From positions 32,001 through 96,000 of the IMG/VR virus record IMGVR_UViG_3300045988_176431: DNA of 64,000 nt; one strand, written 5' to 3'. The DNA is from a virus. Position numbers and translations under genes: made by a program. This document shows positions 28,901 through 39,679 of this stretch, one piece after another; position 1 is the first letter of the stretch; each line of letters starts with the position of its first letter. The notes under the pieces were generated by a model that worked only from the letters and a program-made list of their open reading frames with translations, was not told where the DNA came from and made no database searches.

Positions 28901-29872
28901 GTAAAACAGTCTCGTCATACAATTCCTGTTGTAAAATCTTCACCTGTCCTTATTTCAAATGGTTCAGATGAAATGTGTAAATATTACTTATCTTCTGATT
29001 TTGTTGTAAATGCAAAAATGGATGGTAAAGTAGTTGAAAATGACCCTTCAACAAAAATTATGGTTGTTGAATATAAGGATGGAACTCATCAAGCAATTGA
29101 TTTAGGAAAGAAACTTGCAAAAAATGGTGGTGGAGGTTTTGAATTATCAAATCAATTAATCACAAACTTAACCGTTGGTTCCAGATTTAAAAAGAATGAT
29201 ACACTTGCATGGCATAAAAATTTCTTTAAAAACGATAAATACCAAGGAACACGTTTATGTGTTGGTACATTAGCGAAAGTAGCAATAACTTCTTCTTATA
29301 ATACTTATGAAGATGGTACTTTTGTGACACATGGATTTTCAGAAAAAGCAACAACTGAAATGTGTTTTAAAAAACCTGTCGTAATTGGAAGACACTCAAA
29401 TGTATCTCAGATGGTATCAGTTGGTCAATCAATTAATACTGGTGACCCATTGATTCAGTTTGATGACTCTTTTGAAGAAGCCAATATTAACGTTCTTCTT
29501 AATTCACTTGGTGATAATGAAGAATTAAAGGATGCCGTTATTTCGAATAATAGAAATATTGTAAAATCGAAATATTCTGGTGTAATAGAAGAGATTAAAA
29601 TGTATTCTACAGCAGATTTAGAAGATTTGTCTCCGAGTTTACAAAAAATCTTTAAAAGATATTATGATAAGATAAATAATAGAAAGAAAGTATTGAAAAA
29701 ATACAATGAAAAAGATGGAATTGTGTATTGTGGAATGATGATTAATGAACCTACTGGTAAAGTAGAACCAAATCGTTATGGAACAATACGTGGTGAGAAA
29801 GTAAATGATGGTGTGTTAATTGAGTTTTATATTAAACATCAGGAACCACTAGAAGTTGGTTCCAAAATCGCT
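25925..29872 (+). CDS. RNA polymerase beta-like subunit (long form), exon 1
   Basis: GFRGINLEQSYSVPKRCYDDSMIGVIGPSSSPDGNVGVN aligns to bacterial beta [36 protein letters not shown]. The exon ends at EVGSKIA, corresponding to the GDKxA motif. Start at ATG 25925 after AGGTGA. Confidence 0.8.
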
Positions 29873-30239
29873 TAAAGTTAGGTGATTTAAAACTTACCTA
29901 ATTGCGGGAAACTCTCGTTAAGTTCTAGTTACTAACTTATGATAGTAATATACATAAGGGCAAGGGGTAACTCCTAAGGTATAGTAAAAAAACTAGAAAT
30001 AGAGACAATCGACGCAGGGAAGTATCTCTTATGAGATATGGCTTCAACGACTATCGAAAGGATAATATATAGAGAAATCTATATATGAATAACTGAGTAG
30101 AGTAGACCAGTTAATCTGGGTGTACGTTATTGGTACTTTACGAAACGGTAAGTGTTATAAATATGGTAATAGTATTTATAATAAAGATATAGTCTATTCT
30201 ATATAGTGATATATAGTATTAAAGAATTTTACAGCTTTG
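29873..30239 (+). mobile_element. group I intron C (ORF-less)
   Basis: Shared core. P1 pairs AAATCGCT with GGTGATTT, with a terminal U-G at 29872. The 3' end is ambiguous. G30239 keeps the reading frame with the U-G 5' site. G30234 would fit a P10 pairing but needs a 5' site one nt later. Confidence 0.75.
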
Positions 30240-31157
30240 AAGAATGTAATTGGTGAAGTTGTTGAAAAAGGTTATGAACCTTATTCTGAATTTAGACCAG
30301 ATGAAGAAATTTCAACATTTATTGCATCAAACTCAATTCTATCACGTATGACACCATCTATTCTTTTAAATGGATTTGGTAATAAATGTATTATCGAATT
30401 AAAACGTGCTTTACAAGATATTTGGGATTCAGTATCAGACTTTGCAGTAAGACGTAATACTATGGAATCATTAATTTATCGATTCTTTACGGCATTTGAT
30501 AAGTCAGGTACTAATACAAAACATTATAAAGAAATCTTTTCTTCTATGTCAGATAATCAATTCCAGACTTATTTTAGAGATTTCTTTGCAGATGAAGATA
30601 AGTATTTAATTCTTACAATTGTAGATTACGAAAGAACGATAAAAATGGAAGATATTAGAAGAGCAGCAAAAGTTCTTAATATACCTTTATATGAATATAT
30701 ATTCATACCACACTTAAATCATAATAAAGAACATCCTATTGTGAGTCCTGCAAAAGTTCCTGTTATTTATATTAATATCAAGAGAACACAGCAGACAGTA
30801 GCAAAGAAAAATGGTTTAAGTACAAATGTAGACGAACGTAGTGCTCTTACTGGTCAGGTGGTACGTCATGATAAAAATGGTAGAGAATCTGATCTTGAAA
30901 ATATCATGCTAACATCACTTGGACTTGATAATTGCTTAAAAGAATTAAATGGACCAAGAGCAGATGATTTAGTGATGAAACAACAGATGAATCAATCAAT
31001 TAATTCAAAAGGATATGTTAAATTATCTGATTTGGATGATAAGATTGAAAATAAAACAACATTGAATACCGTAGATACTTATTTCTTAGGAATGGGTCTT
31101 AAGACAGACTTAGTTACAAAAGGATTAAAAACAATATCTACGTTACGAAAAGAATAA
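30240..31157 (+). CDS. RNA polymerase beta-like subunit (long form), exon 2
   Basis: KNVIGEVVEKGYEP...ILSRMTPSILLNGFGNK aligns to beta RHGNKGVVSKI...VPSRMNIGQILE. Confidence 0.75.
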   Translation, partial: KNVIGEVVEKGYEPYSEFRPDEEISTFIASNSILSRMTPSILLNGFGNKCIIELKRALQDIWDSVSDFAVRRNTMESLIYRFFTAFDKSGTNTKHYKEIFSSMSDNQFQTYFRDFFADEDKYLILTIVDYERTIKMEDIRRAAKVLNIPLYEYIFIPHLNHNKEHPIVSPAKVPVIYINIKRTQQTVAKKNGLSTNVDERSALTGQVVRHDKNGRESDLENIMLTSLGLDNCLKELNGPRADDLVMKQQMNQSINSKGYVKLSDLDDKIENKTTLNTVDTYFLGMGLKTDLVTKGLKTISTLRKE

Positions 31158-31166
31158 AAAAGAAAA

Positions 31167-31200
31167 ATGTAGAACTGAACATTTTCGTTCAGTTCTACAT
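31167..31200. terminator. bidirectional hairpin terminator
   Basis: 14-bp stem ATGTAGAACTGAAC / GTTCAGTTCTACAT. Confidence 0.8.
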
Positions 31201-31205
31201 TTTAT

Positions 31206-31718
31206 TTATTTTCTGTTTTTGTTATTTTTGTTCTTATTTTTATTTTGCTGATTATTTTGTTTGTTGTTTGTTACAGGTTTTTCTTCTTTAACAACTTCTT
31301 CAACAGATTCTTCAGGAGCCTCTTCAACGACATCTACTGTTTCTGATTCTTCTGCTTCTGGTTCAGCAACAACTGTTTTTTCTTCTGTAACGTTTTCTGT
31401 TGATTTCTCCTCTTCAACAGAAGATTCATTTTTTTCTGGTTCATTAACAACTTCCTTCTTTTCATTTTCCTTTACGGATTCAACAACAGGTTTAGTAGCC
31501 TGAGTTTCAAAGTTATTGTTTTTTACATTGGTGAGTTCCAATTTTACTTGATCATCTGTATTATATGGATTACATTCAAATACAGAGCGTCCATTACTAA
31601 TCATTTTAATGATTACTTTAAGATCAATTTTAGTTGGTACCAAAATTGGACCACATACGAAATTTAATTCAGGAATTGGACCTGAATCTTTCACTACTAC
31701 TAATTTACGTTCTTTCAT
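31206..31718 (-). CDS. protein with Glu-rich linker and Asn/Lys-rich tail
   Basis: Start at MKERKL after GTGAGGA. Low-complexity acidic region and a NKNKNKNNKNRK tail. Confidence 0.65.
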   Translation of the reverse strand: MKERKLVVVKDSGPIPELNFVCGPILVPTKIDLKVIIKMISNGRSVFECNPYNTDDQVKLELTNVKNNNFETQATKPVVESVKENEKKEVVNEPEKNESSVEEEKSTENVTEEKTVVAEPEAEESETVDVVEEAPEESVEEVVKEEKPVTNNKQNNQQNKNKNKNNKNRK

Positions 31719-31719
31719 T

Positions 31720-32034
31720 TTATAAATCCTCACTTTCTTCATCTTCTATATCATCACTCAGACCCATCACATCGTCAATAGACATATCATGATCTGCTTG
31801 AGCAATTCTATTAATTTCTTCATTTCTGTCTGCATCATCATCTGGAATCTGATCAATCGCATCATCCAATTGCTCATCTGTAAATTCCGTAGAATCAAAT
31901 GCATCAGGACACATATGTTTTACCGAATCTATGGCATCGTTGATTTCTGCATCTTCGACAATACATTTTGTATACTCCATATCTCTGACCATCTCAGCTC
32001 TTTCTAAGAGAACTGAATTTATTCCATTAGTCAT
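31720..32034 (-). CDS. highly acidic small protein
   Basis: 104 aa, Asp/Glu-rich throughout. RBS AAAGGCGG. Confidence 0.7.
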   Translation of the reverse strand: MTNGINSVLLERAEMVRDMEYTKCIVEDAEINDAIDSVKHMCPDAFDSTEFTDEQLDDAIDQIPDDDADRNEEINRIAQADHDMSIDDVMGLSDDIEDEESEDL

Positions 32035-32099
32035 TTGATATTCACCGCCTTTCTTAAATAATCATATACTAATAACTTATAAGAATGTTTTTTCTTAGT

Positions 32100-32483
32100 T
32101 TATTCATCTTCAGTTTCAGATACTTCTTCCTCTTCTGAATTCGCTTTCCTAAATGATTCTAAAAGCATATAAAGACCAGCATATGATTTGATTGTCTCAT
32201 TTTCAATTTCTTGTTCTGAAAGATTTATCATTTTTTGATAAATTGGTAAGTAAGTATTAAGAATTGCAATATTTGAAATAACTTTTTCCACGTTTTTTAC
32301 ATCTGCATTAAATTCTTTGGTTAATTCTAAGAAGATATCAATCAAGACTTTCTCAAATGTATGTTGATTAACGTTTTTCAAAATTTCTTCTTGTAATTCT
32401 TTGATTCCTTCATCATTAATGATGAATTCTCCATTTTCCTTTAACTCAATATTACTTGGTTTATAAGCAATTTTTTCTTCCAT
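32100..32483 (-). CDS. acidic small protein
   Basis: 127 aa with RBS AAAGGAA and a C-terminal EEEEVSETEDE. Confidence 0.7.
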   Translation of the reverse strand: MEEKIAYKPSNIELKENGEFIINDEGIKELQEEILKNVNQHTFEKVLIDIFLELTKEFNADVKNVEKVISNIAILNTYLPIYQKMINLSEQEIENETIKSYAGLYMLLESFRKANSEEEEVSETEDE

Positions 32484-32615
32484 TTTTCTACGTTCCTTTC
32501 TTTATAAGATTATATTTTTTGTTGCACAGACATTAAAATCTCAAAAATATCTTTAACTTATATATCATTATAGTGATATAAGTTTATAATAAACAAGAAA
32601 GGTAGGTATAAAGAT

Positions 32616-32858
32616 ATGAAAGTAAGTAAAAAATTACTTAACTTTATTGCAGATTCTTTAGAGAGTTACATTGATGTGAGGGAAGAATTATTAATTTCTG
32701 AAATCAGTCCTGAAGAATTGGAAAAGCAATTAAAGAAAGGAAGAAAACTTGTTAAAAAAATAAGGAAAGGAGATATGAGTGTTTTCAACGAAGAAGTTCT
32801 GGAAGATGAATTACCTGCTCTAGAAGATCTGATGCGGAGAAATCAAAACTCATTATAA
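32616..32858 (+). CDS. hypothetical protein
   Basis: 80 aa with RBS AAAGGTAGG. Confidence 0.65.
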   Translation: MKVSKKLLNFIADSLESYIDVREELLISEISPEELEKQLKKGRKLVKKIRKGDMSVFNEEVLEDELPALEDLMRRNQNSL

Positions 32859-32869
32859 GAATTATATGT

Positions 32870-33340
32870 ATGAAAAAGAATAAGAGAAAAGTTTATGCCT
32901 ATTATCTAAAAAGTGATTCTTCTTTATATGCATATACAGAATTCAAAGCATTAGCAGATGAATTTGAATTAGAACGTGATATGCGAATATATAAAAAGAA
33001 AATATTTAAAATGAATGAACCAGAATATCAAGTCTTTAATTATAAACATAATTCAGAGATGTTGTTTTCAAATGTTTTAAATGATAGTAAGAAAGATTTC
33101 TCATTTGCAACAACTTATTTTGAAAATGAGAAATTAGATAATCTTTCCTACCAGATGGATAATAAGATAAACGAATTATATGAGAAAGTGAGAAAATTTC
33201 CATTAAAGAAAGAATATGAAGATTTATTTACAGACATTTTTAGTATTTATGGGGATGGTGTAAATACACCAATCTTAAATTTTAATACATTTAAGATTTT
33301 TATGGAACTATTTCGAAATACTATCTTTTCAGAAGATTGA
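32870..33340 (+). CDS. hypothetical protein
   Basis: 156-aa ORF with no clear RBS. Confidence 0.6.
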   Translation: MKKNKRKVYAYYLKSDSSLYAYTEFKALADEFELERDMRIYKKKIFKMNEPEYQVFNYKHNSEMLFSNVLNDSKKDFSFATTYFENEKLDNLSYQMDNKINELYEKVRKFPLKKEYEDLFTDIFSIYGDGVNTPILNFNTFKIFMELFRNTIFSED

Positions 33341-33404
33341 AGATAGATATTTAAAGTCAAGGTAACTATTAACTAATTTATTATGATTAAAGGAGGACTC
33401 AGTA

Positions 33405-34304
33405 ATGGGTAAGAAAAAGAACAAAAAAAAGAATGCATACAAAAGTTTTGTCGAGATGTTAAAAGACAAACAGAAAAAGATTTTTATTATGAAAGATGAG
33501 AAGAAAATCTCACTTTCTGATGTAGTTGATGAAACGATTAGTGAGATTACGTCCGTTCCACAGGATAGTATGATTGCAATTACATCAGAAGATGCTGCGA
33601 AAAAACGTGATGCTGGAAGTGCTGTATTTGAAACAAGATATGCAAAAGCACCATTTAGTATCTATGAATATGCAATGAAGTATCCAAAAAGAACACAGAC
33701 TCTTGTTCTTACATTAACACCTGCTGAGGTAGAAGATATTTTTGAGTACAACTCAAATGAAAATATTTCAGTTTTAATGGAAAGAACAAACATTGGTTTG
33801 ATTCTTAAGAAAATGGATAAAGCAAAGAACCGTTTAAAGAAATGGTTATCTACAGAAGCAACTGAAGAGATGGAAACTTTCGTTCTGAATATTCCGAACA
33901 TTGTGTTGTTTACTGATACACTTAAGAAAGATGAAGTTTCCAAGTCAGTTTTGTTTAATATTACGATTCAGGTAATTAAAACAAAACCAAGTATTAAAAA
34001 GATGAAGAAAAAATCATCTGAAAAATACAATGAAATCATTGGCAAAGTGATTGATACTACATTGAAAACTGCTGTTTCTTTGGGAGATGCAAATATTCAT
34101 ATTCCAGTGGAAGGTTCTTTTATTGATGATTTAAAAGATTATGCTTCCAAATGGACAGATGCTGTATATGATACAGACAATGAGAAGCTTTTGAATAATA
34201 TCGTATTCTCAGCTGATCATAGTTTAAGTTTTACTGAATTAGCAAATTCATTTATAGATTGTGTATTAAGTAAAGCAGAAACTACAAAGAAACGTGCAAA
34301 ATAA
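33405..34304 (+). CDS. hypothetical protein
   Basis: RBS AAAGGAGG. Confidence 0.75.
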   Translation: MGKKKNKKKNAYKSFVEMLKDKQKKIFIMKDEKKISLSDVVDETISEITSVPQDSMIAITSEDAAKKRDAGSAVFETRYAKAPFSIYEYAMKYPKRTQTLVLTLTPAEVEDIFEYNSNENISVLMERTNIGLILKKMDKAKNRLKKWLSTEATEEMETFVLNIPNIVLFTDTLKKDEVSKSVLFNITIQVIKTKPSIKKMKKKSSEKYNEIIGKVIDTTLKTAVSLGDANIHIPVEGSFIDDLKDYASKWTDAVYDTDNEKLLNNIVFSADHSLSFTELANSFIDCVLSKAETTKKRAK

Positions 34305-34375
34305 AAAATAACGATTAGATGGGGTTGGACTTTCGTTCAATCCCAATTTCTAATTAAGAGAGGATGGTAATGTGA

Positions 34376-35228
34376 ATGGAAAAAAAGAGTAAAGAGTTTA
34401 ATATACTCATCTCAGTTCCAGAGATTACTAATAAAAAAGATATGAAGAAGTTTTTAAAACCGATTTATATCATAGAAGATTATCTGTTAGATGAATCTCG
34501 TTATGGAGATTTAGAACAGACTATCAGAAATCTTCTTCGTGGATGTTTTCATATTAAAGAATGTAGAGAATATCCAATTGAGTTTAAGTTTTATCGAAAA
34601 GATAAAGAAACACATAAGTTGCAGATTCGAAGATTTTTATATAATCTTTATATTTGGAAACCATTTTGCATGTTAAATGAATTTCATATTCTGGATGAAA
34701 ATTATATTCTTTCAGAAGAAGAAATTCCAAATGTAACAGAGTTTTTGAACGAAAAAATACTTACCACTCTTCAGGATTATAACATTGAACAGATTTTGAT
34801 TAACGAATCAATCTCTAATGTATTATATAGTCTCCGTTCAATTTCATTAGATTTTAGTGATATTATGAATCTTACTTTTAGTGATCATGATTTCATTGAG
34901 ATGTTAAATGATCCAGAATATCGAGAGATTATGGAATTAAAGATTCCTGAAGATATGCAACCAATTGAAGTAGAAAAACTACTTTCTCAGTATCAACAAA
35001 GGTTGGTGAGAAAGTTAAAACAAGATAAAAATAATCCAGTAGGAATCATGCTTAGGGCTGGAACTGGTGTAAAAGAAAAACAGTTAGCAGAGTATATGAT
35101 TGCTATGGGATTGAAGCCAACATTAACTGGTGAAGTTATGCCTATACCAATTGAAACATCATCTCTATTAGGAGGTTTAAATAGACCATCGTATCAGTAC
35201 ATTGATGCGATAGCAGCCCGTAAACCGT
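34376..35228 (+). CDS. RNA polymerase beta-prime-like subunit, C-terminal half, exon 1
   Basis: MLRAGTGVKEKQLAEYMIAMGLKP...PIETSSLLGGLNRPSYQYIDAIAARKP aligns to beta-prime SGARGS..QLAGMRGLM..PI..NFREGL..EYFISTHGARKG. Confidence 0.8.
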
Positions 35229-36541
35229 AAACATAATCTGCGGTTTTAAAACCTATCTAATTGCGGGGAACTGTCTATAATGATTATTTACTAACTTATG
35301 ATGGTGACATACATAAGGGCAAGGGGTAACTCCTAAGGTATAGTAAAAAGAATAATCATTGACACAATCGACGCAGCGAAGTATCTTATTTATTTCATAA
35401 TAAATCATTATAAAGGAGATGATTTAATATGAAAGAAACATGGAAAAAATTTATTTATAATGATATCGAAACAAAATATAGCGTTTCTAATTTAGGAAGA
35501 GTTAGAAATGATAATACTAATTATATATTAAAACCACATGTTCATAAAAAGACAAAATATCACATGATCCCACTTACAATAAATGGAAAAACTAAATTGT
35601 TTAGCTTATCTAGAATGGTGGCAACATTATTTATACCAAATCCAAATAATTATGAAGAAGTAGATCATGTTACTTGTGATAGATATAGAAATGAAGCTCA
35701 TAATCTTGAATGGGTTACTCATGAAGAAAACATGAGAAGAGCGTTAGTAAACGGACTCGTTTACAAAAACGATGGAAGTATGAGATATGTATTTCATAAT
35801 GAAAATGATATTAGAAAATTATGTGAATTATTATCAAATACATGTATCCCTGTTGATGAGTTGTCTAAAATAACGAACATTAGTCAAAATACTATAAATA
35901 AAATACGACTAGGTAAAAGATGGAGAAATATATCAAAGGATTATGATTTTTCTGAATATAATAAATTTATACAAAAAAATTATATTATATCTCATTCTGG
36001 AGAAAATAATTCACAATCAAAGTATCCAGATACATTGGTACATTCTATATGTCATGAACTAGAATTAAACAGAAAAACAATAAGTGAAATTGCAAAAATG
36101 TTTAATGTTCAGAAGAATTACGTATATGAATTAAGAATAGGAAAAGTTAGAACCTTGATTAGTTCTCAATATGATGTAAGCAATCATGATTTAACCGAGT
36201 TTGGATATCATCAAAAAGATTTAAACAAAATAAATGTTTTATTGAAAAAGGGCTATACTGTCCGTGAAATTATAAATAAATTAAATCTTCCAGATAACAA
36301 GAAAACTATAGCAATGATATATGGAAGAAAAAGAAATATGAAATAAATAAGATATGAGTTCAACGACTATCGAAAGTATAGTTATAAGAGAAATCTTATA
36401 ATGAATAAACGAGTAGAGTAGACCAGAATATCTGGGTGCACGAAATTGGTGCTTTGCGAAACGGTAGGTATTATAAATATGGTAATAGTATTTATAATAA
36501 AGATATAGTCTATACATTATGGTGACATAATGAATTATTAG
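35229..36541 (+). mobile_element. group I intron D carrying an HNH homing endonuclease gene
   Basis: Shared core with compensatory changes. P1 pairs AAACCGT with GCGGTTT, with a terminal U-G at 35228. P10 pairs CATAATC with GATTATG. Splicing gives ARKPLIMNKKSMGNAGYFGKKV, collinear with [22 protein letters not shown]. Confidence 0.85.
35429..36346 (+). CDS. HNH homing endonuclease (intron-encoded, I-HmuI-like architecture)
   Basis: VSNLGRVRN N-terminal motif. HNH region EVDHVTCDRYRNEAHNLEWVTHEENMRRA. Repeated HTH modules. RBS AAAGGAG. Confidence 0.85.
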   Translation: MKETWKKFIYNDIETKYSVSNLGRVRNDNTNYILKPHVHKKTKYHMIPLTINGKTKLFSLSRMVATLFIPNPNNYEEVDHVTCDRYRNEAHNLEWVTHEENMRRALVNGLVYKNDGSMRYVFHNENDIRKLCELLSNTCIPVDELSKITNISQNTINKIRLGKRWRNISKDYDFSEYNKFIQKNYIISHSGENNSQSKYPDTLVHSICHELELNRKTISEIAKMFNVQKNYVYELRIGKVRTLISSQYDVSNHDLTEFGYHQKDLNKINVLLKKGYTVREIINKLNLPDNKKTIAMIYGRKRNMK

Positions 36542-37791
36542 TGATTATGAATAAGAAATCAATGGGAAATGCAGGCTACTTCGGGAAGAAAGTATCTGAA
36601 TTATGTAGGACTGTATCTCTTTCTAATAAGGTTTTAAATTGTAAAACAAAGCATTTGATTAAATATGAGATTAAAAATAAGAAATATCTTATGAAATTAA
36701 ATGGTAAGTTTTATAAGATGAATCCTGATGATGAAGATTATAAGGTACTACATTATAAAGATTACGATTTGGTTGGTAAAACTATTTATGCAAGAGGGGC
36801 ACAAACATGTGCTTGTGGACAGAATCTTATTTGTCCGACATGTCTTGGAAAAATTGCGGATTTGAACTGGGATTTGAAAGATGGTATTGGTGTATTTGAG
36901 TCTCAGGAATTATCAAAAGATATTGAACAGAAGATTCTTTCTGGTAAACATCTGTTAACAACAAAGTCAGAGAAGATTGAATTTAGCGATGAATTCTATC
37001 AGTATTTTTCAATTGCTGTTGGAGAGATTTCTCCTATCTTTGATAATATTGATAATATCAATGATTTGGCAATTTACGTTGTACCAGAAGAGATTGAGAA
37101 AGTAGAAGAATATGATGCAGATTCTACTTATAATACTTATATTTCATCTGGAAGATTCTTTGTAAGAAATCTTAAAACAAAGAAAGATATTGAAGTTAAG
37201 ATTTTGAAAAAGAAAGAATTGTATATTACAAGCAATGTCATTAAATCAATTCGTAATAATAATGGTGTAATTAAGTTTAAGGATTTGGAAGAAGATGCTC
37301 CAATCTTTGAAGTTATCATCTTGAATAATGAGTTAACAAAGCCACTATACGAGTTAATCTCTTTATTGGATTCTGAGAAAAAAGAAACAATTGAAGACAG
37401 TACAATTGATACGTTCTCACAAAGATTTTTGGATATTATCATTGAATCTGGAATTGGAGCGTCAATGGTTGCTGCTGAAATTGTAATGAATCGTCTAATA
37501 CGAGAAAGTGATAATGTGATGGATCGTCCAGATTTCTCACAAGAGAAAATGCCAGATTATAATATTTATACGATTCGAAAGATACTTAGAAACAATGAGA
37601 GTATTACAATTGGTTTGGGATTTGAAAACTTAAAAGCTCAGTTATTAAATCCAAATGTTTCTCAGAGAACAGCACCATCTTATATGGATGCTTATTTCAA
37701 AGAAGAACTTCCTACAGAAATTTTAAAGAAGTTTGAACAAGAGGAACCAAAGAAAAAGCAGATGGATTATTATCTAAATGCTTCACACTAG
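36542..37791 (+). CDS. RNA polymerase beta-prime-like subunit, C-terminal half, exon 2
   Basis: GNAGYFGKKV matches the beta-prime SGYLTRRLV motif. A Cys cluster CACGQNLICPTCLG and a trigger-loop-like region follow. Confidence 0.8.
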
Positions 37792-37800
37792 AAAAGTTAA

Positions 37801-37830
37801 GATGAGATTATCATAATCGATAATCTCATC
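37801..37830 (+). terminator. intrinsic terminator
   Basis: 12-bp stem GATGAGATTATC / GATAATCTCATC followed by a T run. Confidence 0.8.
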
Positions 37831-37875
37831 TTATTTTTAATATTTTAAAAAAACAAAGAAAGGTAGGTAATAATT

Positions 37876-38424
37876 ATGATGAAAATGAATGAATTACCAC
37901 AAAATGTAACAAAAGAAACAAAGATTAAGCTAGTAACAAATCCAGAGAAAATTAATTCTGGTGATCCTGAAGAATTAGAAACTTTGGATGTTAAAGTACA
38001 TTATTCTGATTTAAATGATACTCTTTATATTATACCAGATAAAACAGAAAGTACAACATATGACAGTTTAGTAGCAGCGATGTACATGATCTGTTCTATG
38101 GTAGAAGACGAGTATCAAACATTAACAGAAACTGATAAAGAAGAAATACGTGAAGAGGAAGAGAAACATCAAAAAGAACAGGAGGAAAAACGACAAAAAG
38201 AGTTAAATGAAACTATTGAGAAATATTGTGAGGAAAGTCAAATTGAAATGATTGAAAAGATTCGATTCGTTAAAGTAAAAGATGGTGTGAATATAAAATT
38301 GAATCTTCTGAATATTATTACTGAAATCTCTGAATTGGAGAAAGATGATGATGGAAAATACATCGTTCCTGATAACTGTATTTATATTGAGCAGAGGGGA
38401 ACCAGAAACAGCTGGTACTTATAA
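37876..38424 (+). CDS. hypothetical acidic protein
   Basis: RBS AAAGGTAGG 8 nt upstream. Confidence 0.7.
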   Translation: MMKMNELPQNVTKETKIKLVTNPEKINSGDPEELETLDVKVHYSDLNDTLYIIPDKTESTTYDSLVAAMYMICSMVEDEYQTLTETDKEEIREEEEKHQKEQEEKRQKELNETIEKYCEESQIEMIEKIRFVKVKDGVNIKLNLLNIITEISELEKDDDGKYIVPDNCIYIEQRGTRNSWYL

Positions 38425-38905
38425 TTATATCGTAGTCGATTCAGAACAGGTTCTTTGTAATAGTGAATATGATCTTGAATCTGCTAAAAGAATGGCTGAT
38501 AAGATTGGTGGTGCTGTTGTTCATACTGGAAAATATGCATACAATTCAGAAGATAATAATGTGACAACAGCTGAAAAAAAAACGACTTTCATTATGGATA
38601 AATTTGAAGATTATTTGGAATCAGAGGATATTACAATTCCTTGTAATTTTAAAGATGAAGAGGAAGAAAGAAGTAATTATGCAAATTCAGCTAGACTTTT
38701 TGGTACTTGCTATCTCCATCTAGAGGATAGAGTCAAAATTGTTGTTATGACAACGGGCAGAGATAATTTTGGATCTCGTGAGATTGCTGCAGATCGAATT
38801 GTTAAAGTATTTGCACATTTCATGGATGAAAAAAATATTATAATTCCAGATGAAGATATGTTTAAACGGTTAAAAAATGAAATTAGAGATGTATTCATTA
38901 AATAA
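38345..38905 (+). CDS. hypothetical protein
   Basis: ATGATGATG start after GGAGAAAG. Overlaps the upstream gene by 80 nt in another frame. Confidence 0.6.
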   Translation: MMMENTSFLITVFILSRGEPETAGTYNYIVVDSEQVLCNSEYDLESAKRMADKIGGAVVHTGKYAYNSEDNNVTTAEKKTTFIMDKFEDYLESEDITIPCNFKDEEEERSNYANSARLFGTCYLHLEDRVKIVVMTTGRDNFGSREIAADRIVKVFAHFMDEKNIIIPDEDMFKRLKNEIRDVFIK

Positions 38906-38921
38906 AAGAAAGGATGATAAC

Positions 38922-39626
38922 ATGAAATATTTTATTGGCTTATTATCAACAAAAAATAGTAAGAAACGCATGGAAAGTAAATCAGAGTTTTTAGCACTCT
39001 TTAAATTGGATTATGAGGATGAAGGAAGAATTGCTTTAGAACATGTAAGAAAGAAACTTCCTGTAATTTCTCCAGAAAATTACAGTATTGAGAAAATGTT
39101 TGATTTATCAGATTCAGAAGATTTCCTGAACTGTATTAATCAATACATCAATCATACAATCAATGTAAAAATCAAGAAAACAAAATTAAATACTTATTAC
39201 ATTGATACTTCGGTCAAGATTAATGTGTTTGATTTACGTTTTCATGATTTACCAGTTTCATTTGTTCATGTCATTTCTAGACCAAAAATTATTGGAGATC
39301 CGGATATAAAGAAATGGCTTTCAGATGTAAATGAAGAAATCGATGACATCGTCTGTATTAATGAAAGTAATTATGCTACTCTTGAGACAAGTATGATTCA
39401 ACGTTCTGGTGAGATTCATGAGCAGTATTGGAGATGCTTGTTGATGAAAACAGATGTAGGTGTCATCTTCCATGATGTGCATTTAAATATGATTATGGAA
39501 ATTGCATCTGATTTGTATCAGTTAGCAGAACAGTATCAGAGATGGTTATACTTCTTCTTTGTTGATAATAACCATCAACTGTATAAAGTTACCGTTGATG
39601 ATAAGTTAACAGTAGAACGTTGCTAA
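38922..39626 (+). CDS. hypothetical protein
   Basis: ATG (MKYFIG) 8 nt after AAAGGATGA. Confidence 0.7.
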   Translation: MKYFIGLLSTKNSKKRMESKSEFLALFKLDYEDEGRIALEHVRKKLPVISPENYSIEKMFDLSDSEDFLNCINQYINHTINVKIKKTKLNTYYIDTSVKINVFDLRFHDLPVSFVHVISRPKIIGDPDIKKWLSDVNEEIDDIVCINESNYATLETSMIQRSGEIHEQYWRCLLMKTDVGVIFHDVHLNMIMEIASDLYQLAEQYQRWLYFFFVDNNHQLYKVTVDDKLTVERC

Positions 39627-39649
39627 AGTTTTATAATGTATATAAATAA

Positions 39650-39662
39650 TTATATATTATTT
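39650..39662 (+). promoter_or_regulatory. TTATATATTATTT motif, copy 4
   Basis: Exact 13-mer immediately upstream of an ORF-free structured region. Confidence 0.5.
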
Positions 39663-39679
39663 TCATGTAAATACTAATT

